From contig CDROCS010001058.1 of assembly GCA_977020255.1 (NCBI GenBank), forward strand, positions 124,001-188,000: a DNA stretch of 64,000 bases. Direction: 5' to 3'. The translations under genes were made by a program, and so were the position numbers. Below, in pieces: positions 1 through 12,285 of the stretch; position 1 is the first letter of the stretch; each line of letters starts with the position of its first letter. Source of the stretch: Obrimoposthia wandeli. Taxonomy: Eukaryota. Below the pieces are notes generated by a model. It worked only from the letters and a program-made list of their open reading frames with translations, made no database searches and had not been told where the DNA came from.

Positions 1-3000
1 AAATTGTCTTCCAAATAATCATGATATAACCCAGTGTAAGGTGGATAAATTGTGTAGAATGAATGACTGCACCGGCAAACACCACTGGATACTACATTTT
101 AATGAAGAGCGAAATAATCAGAATAATCAAACTCCTTCTTTAAAAGAGGAACAAAAGAACAGAATATATTCGTGGCGTTAAGAACAATGCCGGTTATAGT
201 ACGGCATAGGGGTCAGGAGCTGGTGATCAAAGCGTTGTTGGATGATGCCAGCACGCAGTCATACATAGTTAAAGATCTGACAAGAACGTTAAGAGTGTTG
301 GAGTAAATGGAGGCAACGTAGAAAATATGGACTGTGCAGAAGATAAGGTAGAATTGTTAAACATGAATCACAAAGTTACGAAGTTAATTAACATATTAGC
401 AGTGCCAGAGATTATAGGGAAATTAGAAGTAATAAACTGGTCAGATGAAGCAAAAAATCGGCGGCATCTCGAAGGTATAAGGTTTGATTGGCGTGGACAA
501 CATCGAATTTCAGAGTTCTCTTAGAGAACAGCGAGGAGGGCCAGATGCACATATAGTAGAACTCACACCGTTGGGTTGGACTTGTATAGGTCGGATACGA
601 GGATCAACGAGAGGTCGACAATATACGAATTTAACCCATACATATTTGGGAACACATATCGAAACAGAGGTTTTTAATATTGGAAAATTCTGGGAAGTAG
701 AAGCCCTATCAACTATCCAAGGAAAGTTAAATCATAACGATGATAAAGTATTGCAGGAAACACGACGTGGAGCAGTAGAGGGAGAAGGGATGTATGAAGT
801 AAGTCTACTGTGGAAATATGAGAGCGCTAATGTTAAATGGGATTGTGAAATGGCTAACTAGCGGCAGAGGAACTTGAAGAGACGAATAGACAAAGACACA
901 TGGTTGAGATCGGAGTACACGGCAGTCATCGAAGCCATTTACAGAAAAGTTACATTAGAAAGGTAACGGAAGATGAAGTAAAGTTGACTAAGTGGTTGTT
1001 GCCGCATTTTCCGATCGTCAAGAAGGAAAAGGAAATAACTAAAGTTCGAATAGTGTTCAATGCAGCTGCGGAAGTGCAAGGCACAAGTTTGAATGATTTA
1101 ATTCATTGTGGGCCGAAGCTGCAAGGAAATCTAGTAACGGTCTTGTTAAGGTTCAGGGAAAAAAATGCTGTAGCATTAGTTTGTGATATGTCAAAGATGT
1201 ATCTCCAGATAAAGGTGGCATAGAAAGATAAAGCGTGCTTGAGGTTTCTATGGAAGGAGTGCGGAAAAGTGGAAATGTATGAATTTTATCTGATAGTAAT
1301 TGGAATAAAAGCGTCACCCTTCTTAGCACATTTAGTGACTCGAATAAACACGGATAAGTTCGTGGGAGTATGCGACAGGGCCATCGATACGATATTAAAA
1401 TCCACATACATGGATGATAGTTTGGATTATGTGCCGTCCGTCGAAGAGGCAATACAGTTACAATAAGATCTACTGCGGGTGTGAGACTGAGCGAGAATGA
1501 GCGCCAAAAAATGGTTAAGCAACAATGACAGAGTCAACCAACAAATCGCCACAGCAGACCAAGCGAAAGTATTACAAATCGCGGATGGCGAAACAATGCA
1601 AAGCATAAAGACCTTGGGAGAAGCGTGAAACGCACAAGCAGACGTCTTCGAAATGGCGACGAGTTTAGAAAGTTGAAGACAATCACTAAGAGGACATTCC
1701 TAAGTCTTCTGTCAAAAAGTACCCATTAGGTTTTGCGAGTTCGATAATAATATGCTGTCAAGTTTTGACTGGGATGAGAAAGTCGAAGGAAGTATTAGAG
1801 AGAAGATAATTCACTGGGTGGAAGATGTAAAGTTGTTAAATAAAGTTAAAGTTCCCAGATGGATCCGGCTGGAATGTCTAGTAAGTGTTCGTTACACATT
1901 TTTGTAGACGCTTCTGAGAAAGCGTATGGAGCAGTAGGTTACTTGAGAAATTAAGAGCAGGCATAGCGATAATAAGCTTCGTCGCGTCAAAAACAAAAGT
2001 GGCGCCCGTAAAAGTAAAACGTATACTGCGTTTAGAATTATTTGCAGCAAGAGTCAGTGTTGAATTAGCAAGAGTACTCACGATTGCGTTGGAGTTACAG
2101 TTGAAATAGGTAAAGTTTTGGTCGTACAGTCTGAACGCACTGTGGTGGGAAAGCCAGTCAGGCGTTATTATAATGCATTCGTGGTTAATCGAGTAGGCAT
2201 TATACAGGAGGAGACGAGTATAAGTCAGTGGAAGACGTACGCAGAAAATTAAATCCGGCGGACATATTGTCAAAGGGAGCCGATGTTCAGCGATTGAGCC
2301 AAGATAAGTTATGGTGGGAATGTCCCGAGATTTTATTAGGTCAAAAGATGGGGGCGCAAAAGCAACTAACTCAAAAAGTGATGTCAACAGAAGTGGAAAG
2401 GAAGCGAAATGTGATAGTGACACATGTTACGCAGAAGATCGAAGAGTTCAACATAAGTAAGTATTTTATACTAGGTTACAAAGATGCATGGCGTGGATAC
2501 TACGTTTCACAACCAACGCACGATTAGATCGAGATAATAGATTATTGAAGGAAATGGAGATCACAGAGATTCAAACTGCAACAAAGCGGTATTAAAAGCT
2601 TAGCAACAAAGATATTATAATGAAGATTATAAAAGACTAGAACAACAAAGGTCGTTAAAGAATAGCAGTGGTCTAATTAAATTGAACCCATGGATCGATC
2701 CAGATGGAATGATACGGTCAAACACAAGAAAAAGACGGTCCTTGCACAAATTTTGGATTATCAGGCCAAGTATCCTATAATCTTATCATACGAAAGTTGG
2801 GTCACAAGATTGATCGTAGATTCGCAATACTGAAAGTTGCATCATTATGCAGGCGTGCAACATGTGCGATGTGAGATAAATAAGCAATATTGGATTCGAA
2901 AAGCGAGAAAATTAATAAGAAGTGTGGAATTAAAATGTGTGACATGCCAAAAAGAGTAAAGCGAGTGGAATGTCAGCTGCAATGGCTCCATTACCGTATT

Positions 3001-3890
3001 TCCGTATTGAAGAACCATTCAGAGCATTCGCGAACGTAGGAATTGATTACGCAGAACCATTTTAACGAAGCAAGGCCGTGGATACGTCAGAATGAAATGG
3101 TACTTGTGTTTATTAACCTGCTTACAGACACGAGCAGTACATTTGGAGATCGCGTATGATTTGACAACAGATGGGGTGATCAGAGCGTTAAAACGTTTTA
3201 TTGGAAGACGAGGAAGACCGAGAATGTTATTATCAGATAACGGGCAAAAAATTTGTTGGAGCAGTAGCAGAAGTTAAAAACTTTAAGAAAGATACGTACA
3301 GTATTAAGAAAGAACTAGAAAAAGAGGAAATACGATGGGTGTTCAACTCACCTTATACTCCGAACTTGGAGGATTGCTTGAAATTATGGTGAAGTGCGCA
3401 AAAAGGGCTATTTTTAAGTTACTGAAGAAGGCGACCATAAGTGACGAAGAGTTTATTTATCAAAGCCGAATCATTGATAAACTCACGGCCGATTGGGATA
3501 ACAAGTATGGATCCAAAGGAGAGCGAGGTGTTAATACCAAATCATTTTTTGATAGGTGAAGCACACATAGAAATGTGTTTTGAAGGAGAACTGTGTGGTG
3601 GGCAACAGCGTTGGAGATTTGTACAAAAGTTGACGACAGAGCTATGGAAGCGATGGATGGAGGAAATTGTGCCAATGTGGGCACCTCATCAACATTGGAA
3701 TCAGGAATATTCGCTGTTGAAAGTTAATTGCCAAGCAAAGTGAGAGGGAGCAGTGGAAGTTGGAGAGAATTATACAGGTGAGTCCAGGAACGGATAAAAA
3801 GGTGAGAGTCACAAAGGTGAAGATTGGGACCAAGATAGAAGTAAAGTCACTATGTGTCACTGGGGTCGTTAAGAAAGGTAGGTTATGTGC
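1..3890 (+). mobile_element. Degenerate BEL/Pao LTR retrotransposon (gag Zn-knuckles, aspartic protease, RT, RNase H, integrase, C-terminal DUF5641-like region); 5' end lies outside the window
   Basis: Manual translation: CLPNNHDITQC...CRMNDCTGKHHWILH (gag knuckles, about 3-100); ALLDDASTQSYI (protease, about 232-270); PHFPIVKKEKEITKVRIVFNAA, GPKLQGNLVTVLLRFR and TYMDD (RT); LHIFVDASEKAYGAV (RNase H, about 1890-1940); TCLQTRAVHLEI...FIGRRGRPRMLLSDNG (integrase); RWRFVQKLTTELWKRWMEE. Many stops and frameshifts. Confidence 0.92.
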
Positions 3891-4539
3891 GATGATGTAG
3901 AAGCTTCCGCTGGAGTTGTATCAAAATCAATTATCTTGTTACTAGTTTCATATATGGATACATTTGATACATTCATTTTAAAAACAAATGGACATGTCGG
4001 AAAATGTATCATATGCTGCTTCATTGGTTTAAGATACCACTCCCATTCACATAATGATCCCTGACAATATACACACTTTACATTATCGGTTGAATCATCA
4101 TGTTTATAAAAGCCGGCTTTTGCTAATGCTCTTTTATCCGCTTAACCAGTAAACTTTCTTCGTAATGATCCTAATCTAGCCCGTTCGGATATCATATCTT
4201 CATTTCTTATTAAAATCTTATCAAACCAAAGTCATATAATGCTACGTTCTCCATTTCGCAAAAGATAATGTGCAACAAATTTAGTTGTCATAACAAAATA
4301 GAATGAGGAAAGTTTCAGCTTATATACTATTTGAAAATCTATTTTTAGACCGGTTTTGCGAAGTTAATACGAATGTTCAAAAATTGAAAAAAAAGTATTA
4401 AATTGCAGGTATACAAAAGGGGAATGGTATACTTAATATTTTTGTAGGATTATACAAAACATTCACTGCAATTGAAAAGGATATAAGTGCATATCTTGGT
4501 ACAAAGAGTTTCGGTAAACGGTCCAAAAATCCAAATTTT

Positions 4540-5010
4540 AAAATATGGTATTTACATAATACTTATTTTGATGAGTAGTTAGCTTGATAAAGTTTAGAAA
4601 ATTATTTAGTAAATTATTAAATACTATTATCATGGAGGAAACTACTACGGTAATGGATGACAGTGACAATATTCAGCGAGCAAGACCAGATATTACGGTA
4701 AAAGATAGAACCTAAACCCACTATGTAGAAATTAAGGTTCCCTTTGACAGTAATATGAGTCAAAATAATAGTTACAGCAAAGCAATAGACAAATATTATA
4801 ATCTAGTCGAGACTACGCAGAAAGATAATAGTGACAAAATGGTATAAATCTATCTCATTAGAGTAGGGACCCTCGGGTTCTGGAATACCGACAAAAACCA
4901 ACTTTTCCAGGCTTAAAAATATTCAGCTGCAGAAAGAAAGAATTTTACAATATGAATCGCAAGTAAAGTCATAGAACATACTTGTGTCTAGTGGAATTGC
5001 TTTAGACACC
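4540..5010 (+). pseudogene. Restriction-like endonuclease (RLE) domain of an R2/NeSL/R4-type non-LTR retrotransposon relic
   Basis: One frame, with stops, reads YLHN...RARPDITVKDRT*THYVEIKVPFD...KAIDKYYNL...RVGTLGFW...VIEHTCV*WNCF. This matches the RHN / RPD / E-x-K-x-P / K..KY / VGxLGSW signature of RLE domains. Confidence 0.78.
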
Positions 5011-5369
5011 GTGAAGTTTCAGAAACTGTGGATAAAATATCTGATCGAGTAGATGCTCTGACTGCCGACAAGTTGGAGAGGATTGAAAAGTGGATGTATA
5101 CATTATAAAAATAAATTACACAATTAAAATGTTTAACCAATAATTTTTGGAAGAAATTTAAATACCAAAAAAAATAATATTTACTTTTCCAATACTCTAG
5201 AAAAATCAGAAAATGCAATCTGGGAAATCACCAAGCAGTGTCACACAAACAATCTCCCCTGGAGATTCATTTGTCCTACATGAAGTAGAAGACACTTTAC
5301 AGTGTATTGTTATAGATAATGTTAGTACCTGCATGTGTTTATTGTGAATATAGTTTTCTTATCTTATCT

Positions 5370-5432
5370 TATCTTATCAACTTGGCAAATGTTATCAAGA
5401 GGTCACCGCACCAGAAAGGTTGGGAACCGCTG
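5370..5432 (-). mobile_element. hAT-like element terminus truncating the adjacent Polinton fragment
   Basis: Minus strand begins CAGCGGTTCCCAACCTTT, a typical hAT/MITE terminal sequence. The partner end was not found. Confidence 0.4.
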
Positions 5433-6850
5433 ATGTAGTGGTAGGCGTCGCTCTCGAGGTTGATATTACATTAGATGAAATAAAATATTGTTAAAATCAA
5501 ATATAATTATATTAAATAAAACAGTACCTCTGAAGCCAGACGGGAGAAGCATCACTGATGTTGGAGGCGCCATTAGTGATCTAGTCGCACTTGAAGACAT
5601 AGATGTTTCGGATTTTAAAAAAAATAATAATTTATTGGATAACTATAAATAAAATATATACAATAAATAAATATATCTTAAACCCAACGAAGAAGATAAG
5701 GCTGCAGCAGAAAATACAGCTTGTTGGAGAAGATCTTCAAAATCTTTTTCGGCGATGGCATCCATCCAACTGCCTCCGGTTGAATCATTAGAAATATCAC
5801 TGATAATCTCCATCCAGCTGTTGTTGCTCCACTGAAAACCTGGAGATTGTACATCCTCAAATGCCGACTGAGTGATTTGATCCATCCAGTCTTTGTGTTC
5901 ATTTGAGTAGTATGTTCCACCATCGCTGATGTTGTCTGTTCCTTGAAGTATGTTTGGCTGATGTCATCTATCACTTATTGTTGGAAAATGAGTCGCTGAC
6001 TCAACTGCAAGCACTTGAACTGGAAAAGAAACAGCTGAATCGATTTCGGGACCAAAACCGTTGTTGACTCAAAGTTAACTGCTGGAGCTGGAGCTGGGAC
6101 TGAACCATTTGAAGAAGTGTACACCAAATGGATTGTGGTCTTCTTCTTCTTGTTGGCTGTTAAGCTGGAGAGATAAGCCCGATGTTCAACAAAGAACACT
6201 GGATATTTATTTTCTTACATTGTTCTGCAGAACAGGCAGACGTAATACACCTGATCATAAAACTTTGTCCGATAGTAAGCAAACAAGGTTTTATGTCTAG
6301 CTTCTCCTCGGGCTTCTCCTCCAAAAATGTAAAGTTTTCTGAGAAAATAATTCATCATATATCACAACGCTCAGAGGGTTTACAATATATTTTGTGCTCT
6401 AAAGAAAGAAGATTATGGGTTCAGATGAAAAATACACTTACACTTTGCTTCTTTGTATATAATTCATTTTAATAAAGTCTCGTATATTACTTAAGTGACG
6501 CTGGTATGATACAATCGGTAAATGTAAGGACTTATTGTCAGGGAATTTTCAGAAACTTACTTTGATGGTAGGCCAAGAATCGTAAGCACCTGCATAAACT
6601 CGCATTGGTGGAATTCAAGTATCCTAGGCACTTCATCTTTCAATTTCAGTTCGGCACTTTGACTGTTGCACCATCCGCTGCCAGTAAACTTCTCTTGTGT
6701 GGTTGAAAAGTGTATGTATGTCTCAATTTGAACAATTCTAGACATATATAGATTTTACATACAAGCATACTACATACATACCTGCACGGTTTTAAAGGAC
6801 AGATATGCTCTCTATGAAGCATGGCTTGGACCAGAGACATCCACATACGT
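5433..6850 (-). mobile_element. Short Polinton derivative: TIR-like end plus a diverged copy of the Zn-finger/acidic-repeat leader gene
   Basis: ORF 5643-5885 (WMDQITQSAF..WSNNSWMEII..WMDAIAEKDF) parallels 17059-17443. AYYRTKFYDQVYYVCLFCRTM parallels AYYRTKSHELHFFVCPFCRTM near 16.9 kb. Exon donor sites match. TIR-like sequence at 6785-6849. Confidence 0.78.
6785..6849 (-). repeat. Diverged copy of the Polinton terminal inverted repeat
   Basis: CACGGTTTTAAAGGACAG...GGCTTGGACCAGAGACATCCACATAC aligns with the reverse complement of the left TIR, CACGGTTTTAAAGGACAG...GGATTAGACCGGACACATCCACCTACT. Confidence 0.62.
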
Positions 6851-6984
6851 ACATGTTGTATTAAAAGATGGGCCTCAGTTATTGTTTGTTACAAATATAT
6901 AATGAACGTTAAATCGAAGACAAATGTTTTAAAATTTACTAAATAAACTAAGTCATTGTTGTTGTAATATACATATTCATTCTC

Positions 6985-7080
6985 TACAGCCTCACATAAT
7001 TGCTCTCAAACATGATTTTACTCGGTGCATTGCAGAAAAAGAACATTCCGATACAGCATTCATAGCTAGAATAACCAAGG
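6985..7080 (-). pseudogene. hAT transposase C-terminal dimerization domain relic
   Basis: Minus-strand translation LVILAMNAVSECSFSAMHRVKSCLRAIM resembles the hAT dimerization motif (PATNAxSERSFSxLRRxKxYLRSTM). Confidence 0.62.
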
Positions 7081-7524
7081 TAATTTTAGAACAGCAATCA
7101 CATTTTAGTTGGTGTTTTTTTTTGCATCACTGAAATAATATATTTAAGCTCATCGGTTGAAATAGGTTTAGAATATAAATAATTAAATATATGGACTTAC
7201 TATGTGCTATTCTGGCTTCCTTGTATTGTGTATAGTTTTAAATATTAATCTTCCAAAATGGGTAACCCATTTTCAATGTTGTTTTCTCTAGTGATACTTT
7301 TAAAAATAAGGTCTTAACATTGTTGGTCAAAAAAGAGGGGACAGCTAAAATTAGAAAATTTGAATCCATCTATAAAAGAATTTAATTGAAAATTCCGTAG
7401 TAAAATATAAAATCTCTAAAGCAGATCAAATAAAAATGAAGTTTGAATTTTTTGCTCTAAAAATGACTTATTTTACCGAAGAAAAATTCATTTTATTGAA
7501 TATTTTTATAGTGCTATTGATGGT

Positions 7525-10500
7525 TTAAATGATAGAAAAAAATTGTACCGCGTAAATGGAAAGTTTCTTCTTTGAATCCAAATGATCAGAAGTGTTGTGG
7601 ATGGTCGGTTGAAGATTTGTTATGTTACTCAAATTTATCTTTGACTGGAGTACCTTTGACAGGATATCAGCATATGCCTTGGGTTTGCTGGGCGCATTTG
7701 TTGGCAACAGTGACTGTAAGTCTGGAAACGATAACAGAGTCTCCTGTTGAATTTCACTGATTTCTACCATTTTCTCCGGTTGCAAGCCGGCATCGGGGCT
7801 CTCGACAAAATCATAAGCCCGATCATCCTTTACAGTATTTAAAGTTTCTTTATTGTAGTCGGCCAGCATAGACTCGCTGAATAACTCAGAATTTTGCTCG
7901 ATAATCCTCTCTGACGTTGATATGAAACTGTTGACAGACGTCGTTTTTGAGATACTTTTAGATTTTGTAACATTTTCTTTGGCTTCCACAATTGGTGTCT
8001 TGGGTTTATCAGACTTCTTTTTATTGGATGTTATAATATCGGTTTCATCTTTTGCTTCCATGGATATTTCAGAGATTTTCGATTTTTTTTTACTAATCCT
8101 TTCTACTACTTTGTTTGTAATAGTATCATCATCCGTTTCTTCGATGAGAAAGTTAGATTCAATTTTATGTCCAGGATCTATTATATCTGCATCACTAATT
8201 TTATCATCATCTACTTCGTTTTTAATAACAAAACTAATGCTTAGTTCGTCAGTTATCAATTCCTCAAAAACATCAGATATGTTATCTTCAAAAATTGTAT
8301 ATTTTTTTATTTCATTGATAGGGTTAAAGATATTTGGGGACTTAGATTTTTTCTGACTCTTTCTCTTCGTATTTTTTTTCTTTCCTTTCTTGGAAACTGT
8401 AAGCTTTTTACTTTTTTCTTTTGCTTTAATCAGTTTACGTTTTTTACGTCTTTCATTCTTTGGAAATTGAAATTCCTCCCCGTTTATGTCTCGACCTTTT
8501 CTTTGATCACTTGAAAGTAGAACTTCAGATTTTACCATTGCGCTCTTCTGACGTCCTTCTATTTTTGGAGGTTTTCTGGTTCGTCTCTCATGAATAGATA
8601 CATCTTCTGAAAAATTGTCAGAAATTCTAGATTTTATTTGACCTATACCATTTTCAATATTAAATTTTGAAATATTTTTTTTAATCGGTTTACGTTTTTT
8701 ACGTCTTTCATTCTTTGGAAATTGAAATTCCTCCCCATCTATGTCTCGACCTTTTCTTTCATCACTTGAAAGTCGAACTTCAGATTTTACCATTGCGCTC
8801 TTCTGACGTCCTTCTTTTTTTGGAGGTTTTCTGGTTCGTCTCTCATGAATAGATGCATCTTCTGAAAAATTGTCAGAAATTCTAGATTTTATTCGACCTA
8901 TACCATTTTCAATACTAAATCTTGAAATATTTTTTTTAATCGGTTTACGTTTTTTACGTCTTTCATTCTTTGGAAATTGAAATTCCTCCCCATCTATGTC
9001 TCGACCTTTTCTTTCATCACTTGAAAGTCGAACTTCAAATTTTACCATTGCGCTCTTCTGACGTCCTTCTTTTTTTGGAGGTTTTCTGGTTCGTCTCTCA
9101 TGAATAGATGCATCTTCTGAAGAATCTTCAGAAATTCTAGATTTTATTCGACCTATATCATTTTCAATACTAAATCTTGAAATCTTTTTTTTAATCAGTT
9201 TATGTTTTTTAGGTCTTTCATTCTTTGGAAATTGAAATTCCTCCCCGTCTATGTCTCGACCTTTTCTTTGATCACTTGAAAGTCGAACTTCAGATTTTAG
9301 CATTGCGCTCTTCTGACGTCCTTCTTTTTTTGGAGGTTTTCTGGTTCGTCTCTCATGAATAGAGGCATCTTCTGAAGAATTGTCAGAAATTCTAGATTTT
9401 ATTCGACCTATACCATTTTCAATACTAAATCTTGAAATCTTTTTTTTAATCAGTTTATGTTTTTTAGGTCTTTCATTCTTTGGAAATTGAAATTCCTCCC
9501 CGTCTATGTCTCGACCTTTTCTTTGATCACTTGAAAGTCGAACTTCAGATTTTAGCATTGCGCTCTTCTGACGTCCTTCTTTTTTTGGAGGTTTTCTGGT
9601 TCGTCTCTCATGAATAGAGGCATCTTCTGAAGAATTGTCAGAAATTCTAGATTTTATTCGACCTATACCATTTTCAATACTAAATCTTGAAATATTTTTT
9701 TTAATCGGTTTACGTTTTTTACGTCTTTCATTCTTTGGAAATTGAAATTCCTCCCCGTCTATGTCTCGACCTTTTCTTTGATCACTTGAAAGTCGAACTT
9801 CAGATTTTACCATTGCGCTCTTATGACGTCCTTCTTTTTTTGGAGGTTTTCTGGTTCGTCTCTCATGAATAGAGGCATCTTCTGAAGAATTGTCAGAAAT
9901 TCTAGATTTTATTCGACCTATACCATTTTCAATACTAAATCTTGAAATCTTTTTTTTAATCGGTTTACGTTTTTTACGTCTTTCATTCTTTGGAAATTGA
10001 AATTCCTCCCCATCTATGTCTCGACCTTTTCTTTGATCACCTGAAAGTCGAACTTCGGATTTTACCATTTCGCTCTTCTGACGTCCTTCTTTTTTTGGAG
10101 GTTTTCTGGTTCTTCTCTCATGAATAGATGCATCTTCTGAAAAATTGTCAGAAATTCTAGATTTTATTCGACCTATACTATTTTCAATACTAAATCTTGA
10201 AATCTTTTTTTGAACAGACGGTGGTTTACTATTTGCATCTAAATTATTTTCCCCTTTTATTTCTTTCTTAGGAACACGTCTAGTTCTTCTTTCAATAAAT
10301 GAATCATCCTCTGACGTAAGAGTTTCCAATCTGTGAGGTATACCAACTATAATTTCTTCTATACTTGAGTTTGGTTTTCTAAGATTAGTGCCATTATTTA
10401 AAGGTTTTCGTGGGTGTTTTTCGCTTGTATTGTTGTCTTCTGTCATTAAAGTTTCAGCTATTTTAACTTTACCACTCGTACTATCCATATTTTCATATGT

Positions 10501-12285
10501 ATGTATTTTATGAAGTTTAGGAATATTGTCTTTCTTAGGTGCTTTTCGTATTCGTCTTTCAAATAAATCTTCTTCTTCTTCAGAATCAGAAGACTCAATT
10601 CTCAACAACTTACTAACATTAACCTCATCATTTTTGTTTTGATTTATTTTCGGTTTTTTGATAAATGTTTCTAAATTTGAATCTGCCTCTGAACTGTATG
10701 TTTCAATTCTATTTTTACGATATTGTTGCTGTTTTGTGTCAACTCTAGGAATTTCCGTTTTCATTTCTGCTTTTCTCTTTAATTTTCTCTTAACAATTAA
10801 GTTGTCAACAAAATTAATACCGGCTATCATTTCTCTTTTTCGAGATTCTGCAAGTTTTTTTTTTCTGTTTATTTTTTTATGCATATTTTTCTTTATGTTT
10901 CCTATGAATGAAACAGGTTCAAAAAATGAATATTGACTATTTCTTTGTTGGTTACCCAACTGAATATCTTGAATAAATTTGCTGACATGTATTTTCTCTT
11001 CATTTTCATTTGGTCTAACATTTCGTTTATTCTTATCGTCACAAGAGTCACTGCTTACGTGACTCACAATCAAACCGATATCTAACATATCTATTACATT
11101 CATATATCCAGAAGGTTTGTCCCCAGTTTTTCCCACATCTTCAAAAGACTCTTGCCAAGCTTTCAGAGATCCGTAAGAAATTATCTGTTTTGAATCTTTC
11201 ATTATGTTTTTTTTCTCTAAATTATTCACTTTCATTAGAGCCATATCTTTGCAATTCTCCGAGAATCCAAGTCTTAACCTAGTTCTCCTAAATGAAATTT
11301 TCGATCTATATGCATTTTTTAAAACACTATAGTTCATTTTATTGAAAAGTACTTCTTTTTTTTTGGCAAATCTTTCCAAAGGAGGGGAAATATAATTTAC
11401 CTGTTCATCTCCATCAACATTAGAACCACATTTGTTATGTTTACATTGATTTATATTCTGATACTCCCCATCATGTATACTGAATTGTGTTAACAGCTTT
11501 TGGTAGTTGTATGTAAATTTGCTGTCTAATATCTGTTTAGATTTAAATATACTGAGTGGTTTTAAAACTTTAGGTAATGTACGTGTTTGTGCATAAGTCA
11601 AAATCTTGTTTATTTTATCATTGAAACTGTCGGTTGGTGACAAATTTTCTACTGCCGCTTTGAATTGCTGCAAATTAGCTATTCTCGTGGTATCATAATC
11701 TTGATACGCTTTTCTCTTAAATTCTTCATAATATGCTTGATTGTTGACGACACTTGAATTAAGTTTTTCGACTCTCATATTAATCTTTTGTTTCTGCAAC
11801 TCTTGTTTAATAAAAAATCGGTCAGATTGACAGTTATGACCTAAAATACGTGATTGGAGTATTATTTTATGTTTTCTGTCTGTATTAAAACGAATATTTT
11901 CCATTTCATTTAAATTTAACTCACATTCTTCACGTAAAAACTTCATAACCCGAAAAGTACAGTTTTCTAAAGTACAACCGAATTTAGAATCCAACATACC
12001 TTCTAGCAAACACAATTGGTCTTCATGTTGGTGTTTAAATGGCGACATGAATATAATGCAATTGCATTCTATTTCAATAGAAATCATTGGGTTTTGGAAT
12101 TTTCTGAATTGATTCATGACAAGTGACATCATTGGTGTAATTGGCAATAAACTGTAGAAGTATATTCCTTCAGCTATATCTTGATTGTCACTATATTTGT
12201 AGTTACATCTGCCAATTGCAGTTTGTAAATGCTCCGGTGAATTATGCAACACCAAAATACTATCAGAATTTGAATAGTTTGACAT
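7525..12285 (-). CDS. 1586-aa Lys/Arg-rich protein of unknown function with seven 85-aa tandem repeats
   Basis: Uninterrupted 4761-nt ORF in very AT-rich DNA. No recognisable domain. The 3' end may be spliced (possible donor near 7550). Confidence 0.85.
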   Translation of the reverse strand: MSNYSNSDSILVLHNSPEHLQTAIGRCNYKYSDNQDIAEGIYFYSLLPITPMMSLVMNQFRKFQNPMISIEIECNCIIFMSPFKHQHEDQLCLLEGMLDSKFGCTLENCTFRVMKFLREECELNLNEMENIRFNTDRKHKIILQSRILGHNCQSDRFFIKQELQKQKINMRVEKLNSSVVNNQAYYEEFKRKAYQDYDTTRIANLQQFKAAVENLSPTDSFNDKINKILTYAQTRTLPKVLKPLSIFKSKQILDSKFTYNYQKLLTQFSIHDGEYQNINQCKHNKCGSNVDGDEQVNYISPPLERFAKKKEVLFNKMNYSVLKNAYRSKISFRRTRLRLGFSENCKDMALMKVNNLEKKNIMKDSKQIISYGSLKAWQESFEDVGKTGDKPSGYMNVIDMLDIGLIVSHVSSDSCDDKNKRNVRPNENEEKIHVSKFIQDIQLGNQQRNSQYSFFEPVSFIGNIKKNMHKKINRKKKLAESRKREMIAGINFVDNLIVKRKLKRKAEMKTEIPRVDTKQQQYRKNRIETYSSEADSNLETFIKKPKINQNKNDEVNVSKLLRIESSDSEEEEDLFERRIRKAPKKDNIPKLHKIHTYENMDSTSGKVKIAETLMTEDNNTSEKHPRKPLNNGTNLRKPNSSIEEIIVGIPHRLETLTSEDDSFIERRTRRVPKKEIKGENNLDANSKPPSVQKKISRFSIENSIGRIKSRISDNFSEDASIHERRTRKPPKKEGRQKSEMVKSEVRLSGDQRKGRDIDGEEFQFPKNERRKKRKPIKKKISRFSIENGIGRIKSRISDNSSEDASIHERRTRKPPKKEGRHKSAMVKSEVRLSSDQRKGRDIDGEEFQFPKNERRKKRKPIKKNISRFSIENGIGRIKSRISDNSSEDASIHERRTRKPPKKEGRQKSAMLKSEVRLSSDQRKGRDIDGEEFQFPKNERPKKHKLIKKKISRFSIENGIGRIKSRISDNSSEDASIHERRTRKPPKKEGRQKSAMLKSEVRLSSDQRKGRDIDGEEFQFPKNERPKKHKLIKKKISRFSIENDIGRIKSRISEDSSEDASIHERRTRKPPKKEGRQKSAMVKFEVRLSSDERKGRDIDGEEFQFPKNERRKKRKPIKKNISRFSIENGIGRIKSRISDNFSEDASIHERRTRKPPKKEGRQKSAMVKSEVRLSSDERKGRDIDGEEFQFPKNERRKKRKPIKKNISKFNIENGIGQIKSRISDNFSEDVSIHERRTRKPPKIEGRQKSAMVKSEVLLSSDQRKGRDINGEEFQFPKNERRKKRKLIKAKEKSKKLTVSKKGKKKNTKRKSQKKSKSPNIFNPINEIKKYTIFEDNISDVFEELITDELSISFVIKNEVDDDKISDADIIDPGHKIESNFLIEETDDDTITNKVVERISKKKSKISEISMEAKDETDIITSNKKKSDKPKTPIVEAKENVTKSKSISKTTSVNSFISTSERIIEQNSELFSESMLADYNKETLNTVKDDRAYDFVESPDAGLQPEKMVEISEIQQETLLSFPDLQSLLPTNAPSKPKAYADILSKVLQSKINLSNITNLQPTIHNTSDHLDSKKKLSIYAVQFFSII
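8425..10209 (-). repeat. Coding tandem repeat, 7 x 255 bp (85 aa)
   Basis: The anchor TGGAAATTGAAATTCCTCCCC recurs at 8461, 8716, 8971, 9226, 9481, 9736 and 9991, an exact 255-bp period. Confidence 0.97.

Noticed and set aside
3885-3960. 3' LTR of the BEL/Pao element
   Set aside because: A purine-rich tract followed by TG is present, but the 5' LTR is outside the window and no TG…CA boundary or TSD can be confirmed.
7572-10936. Plus-strand ORFs 7572-7760, 7922-8356 and 10658-10936; also 43270-43659, 43504-43800, 48032-48385, 49003-49254 and similar
   Set aside because: These are antisense or alternate-frame shadows of real coding regions with no independent features.
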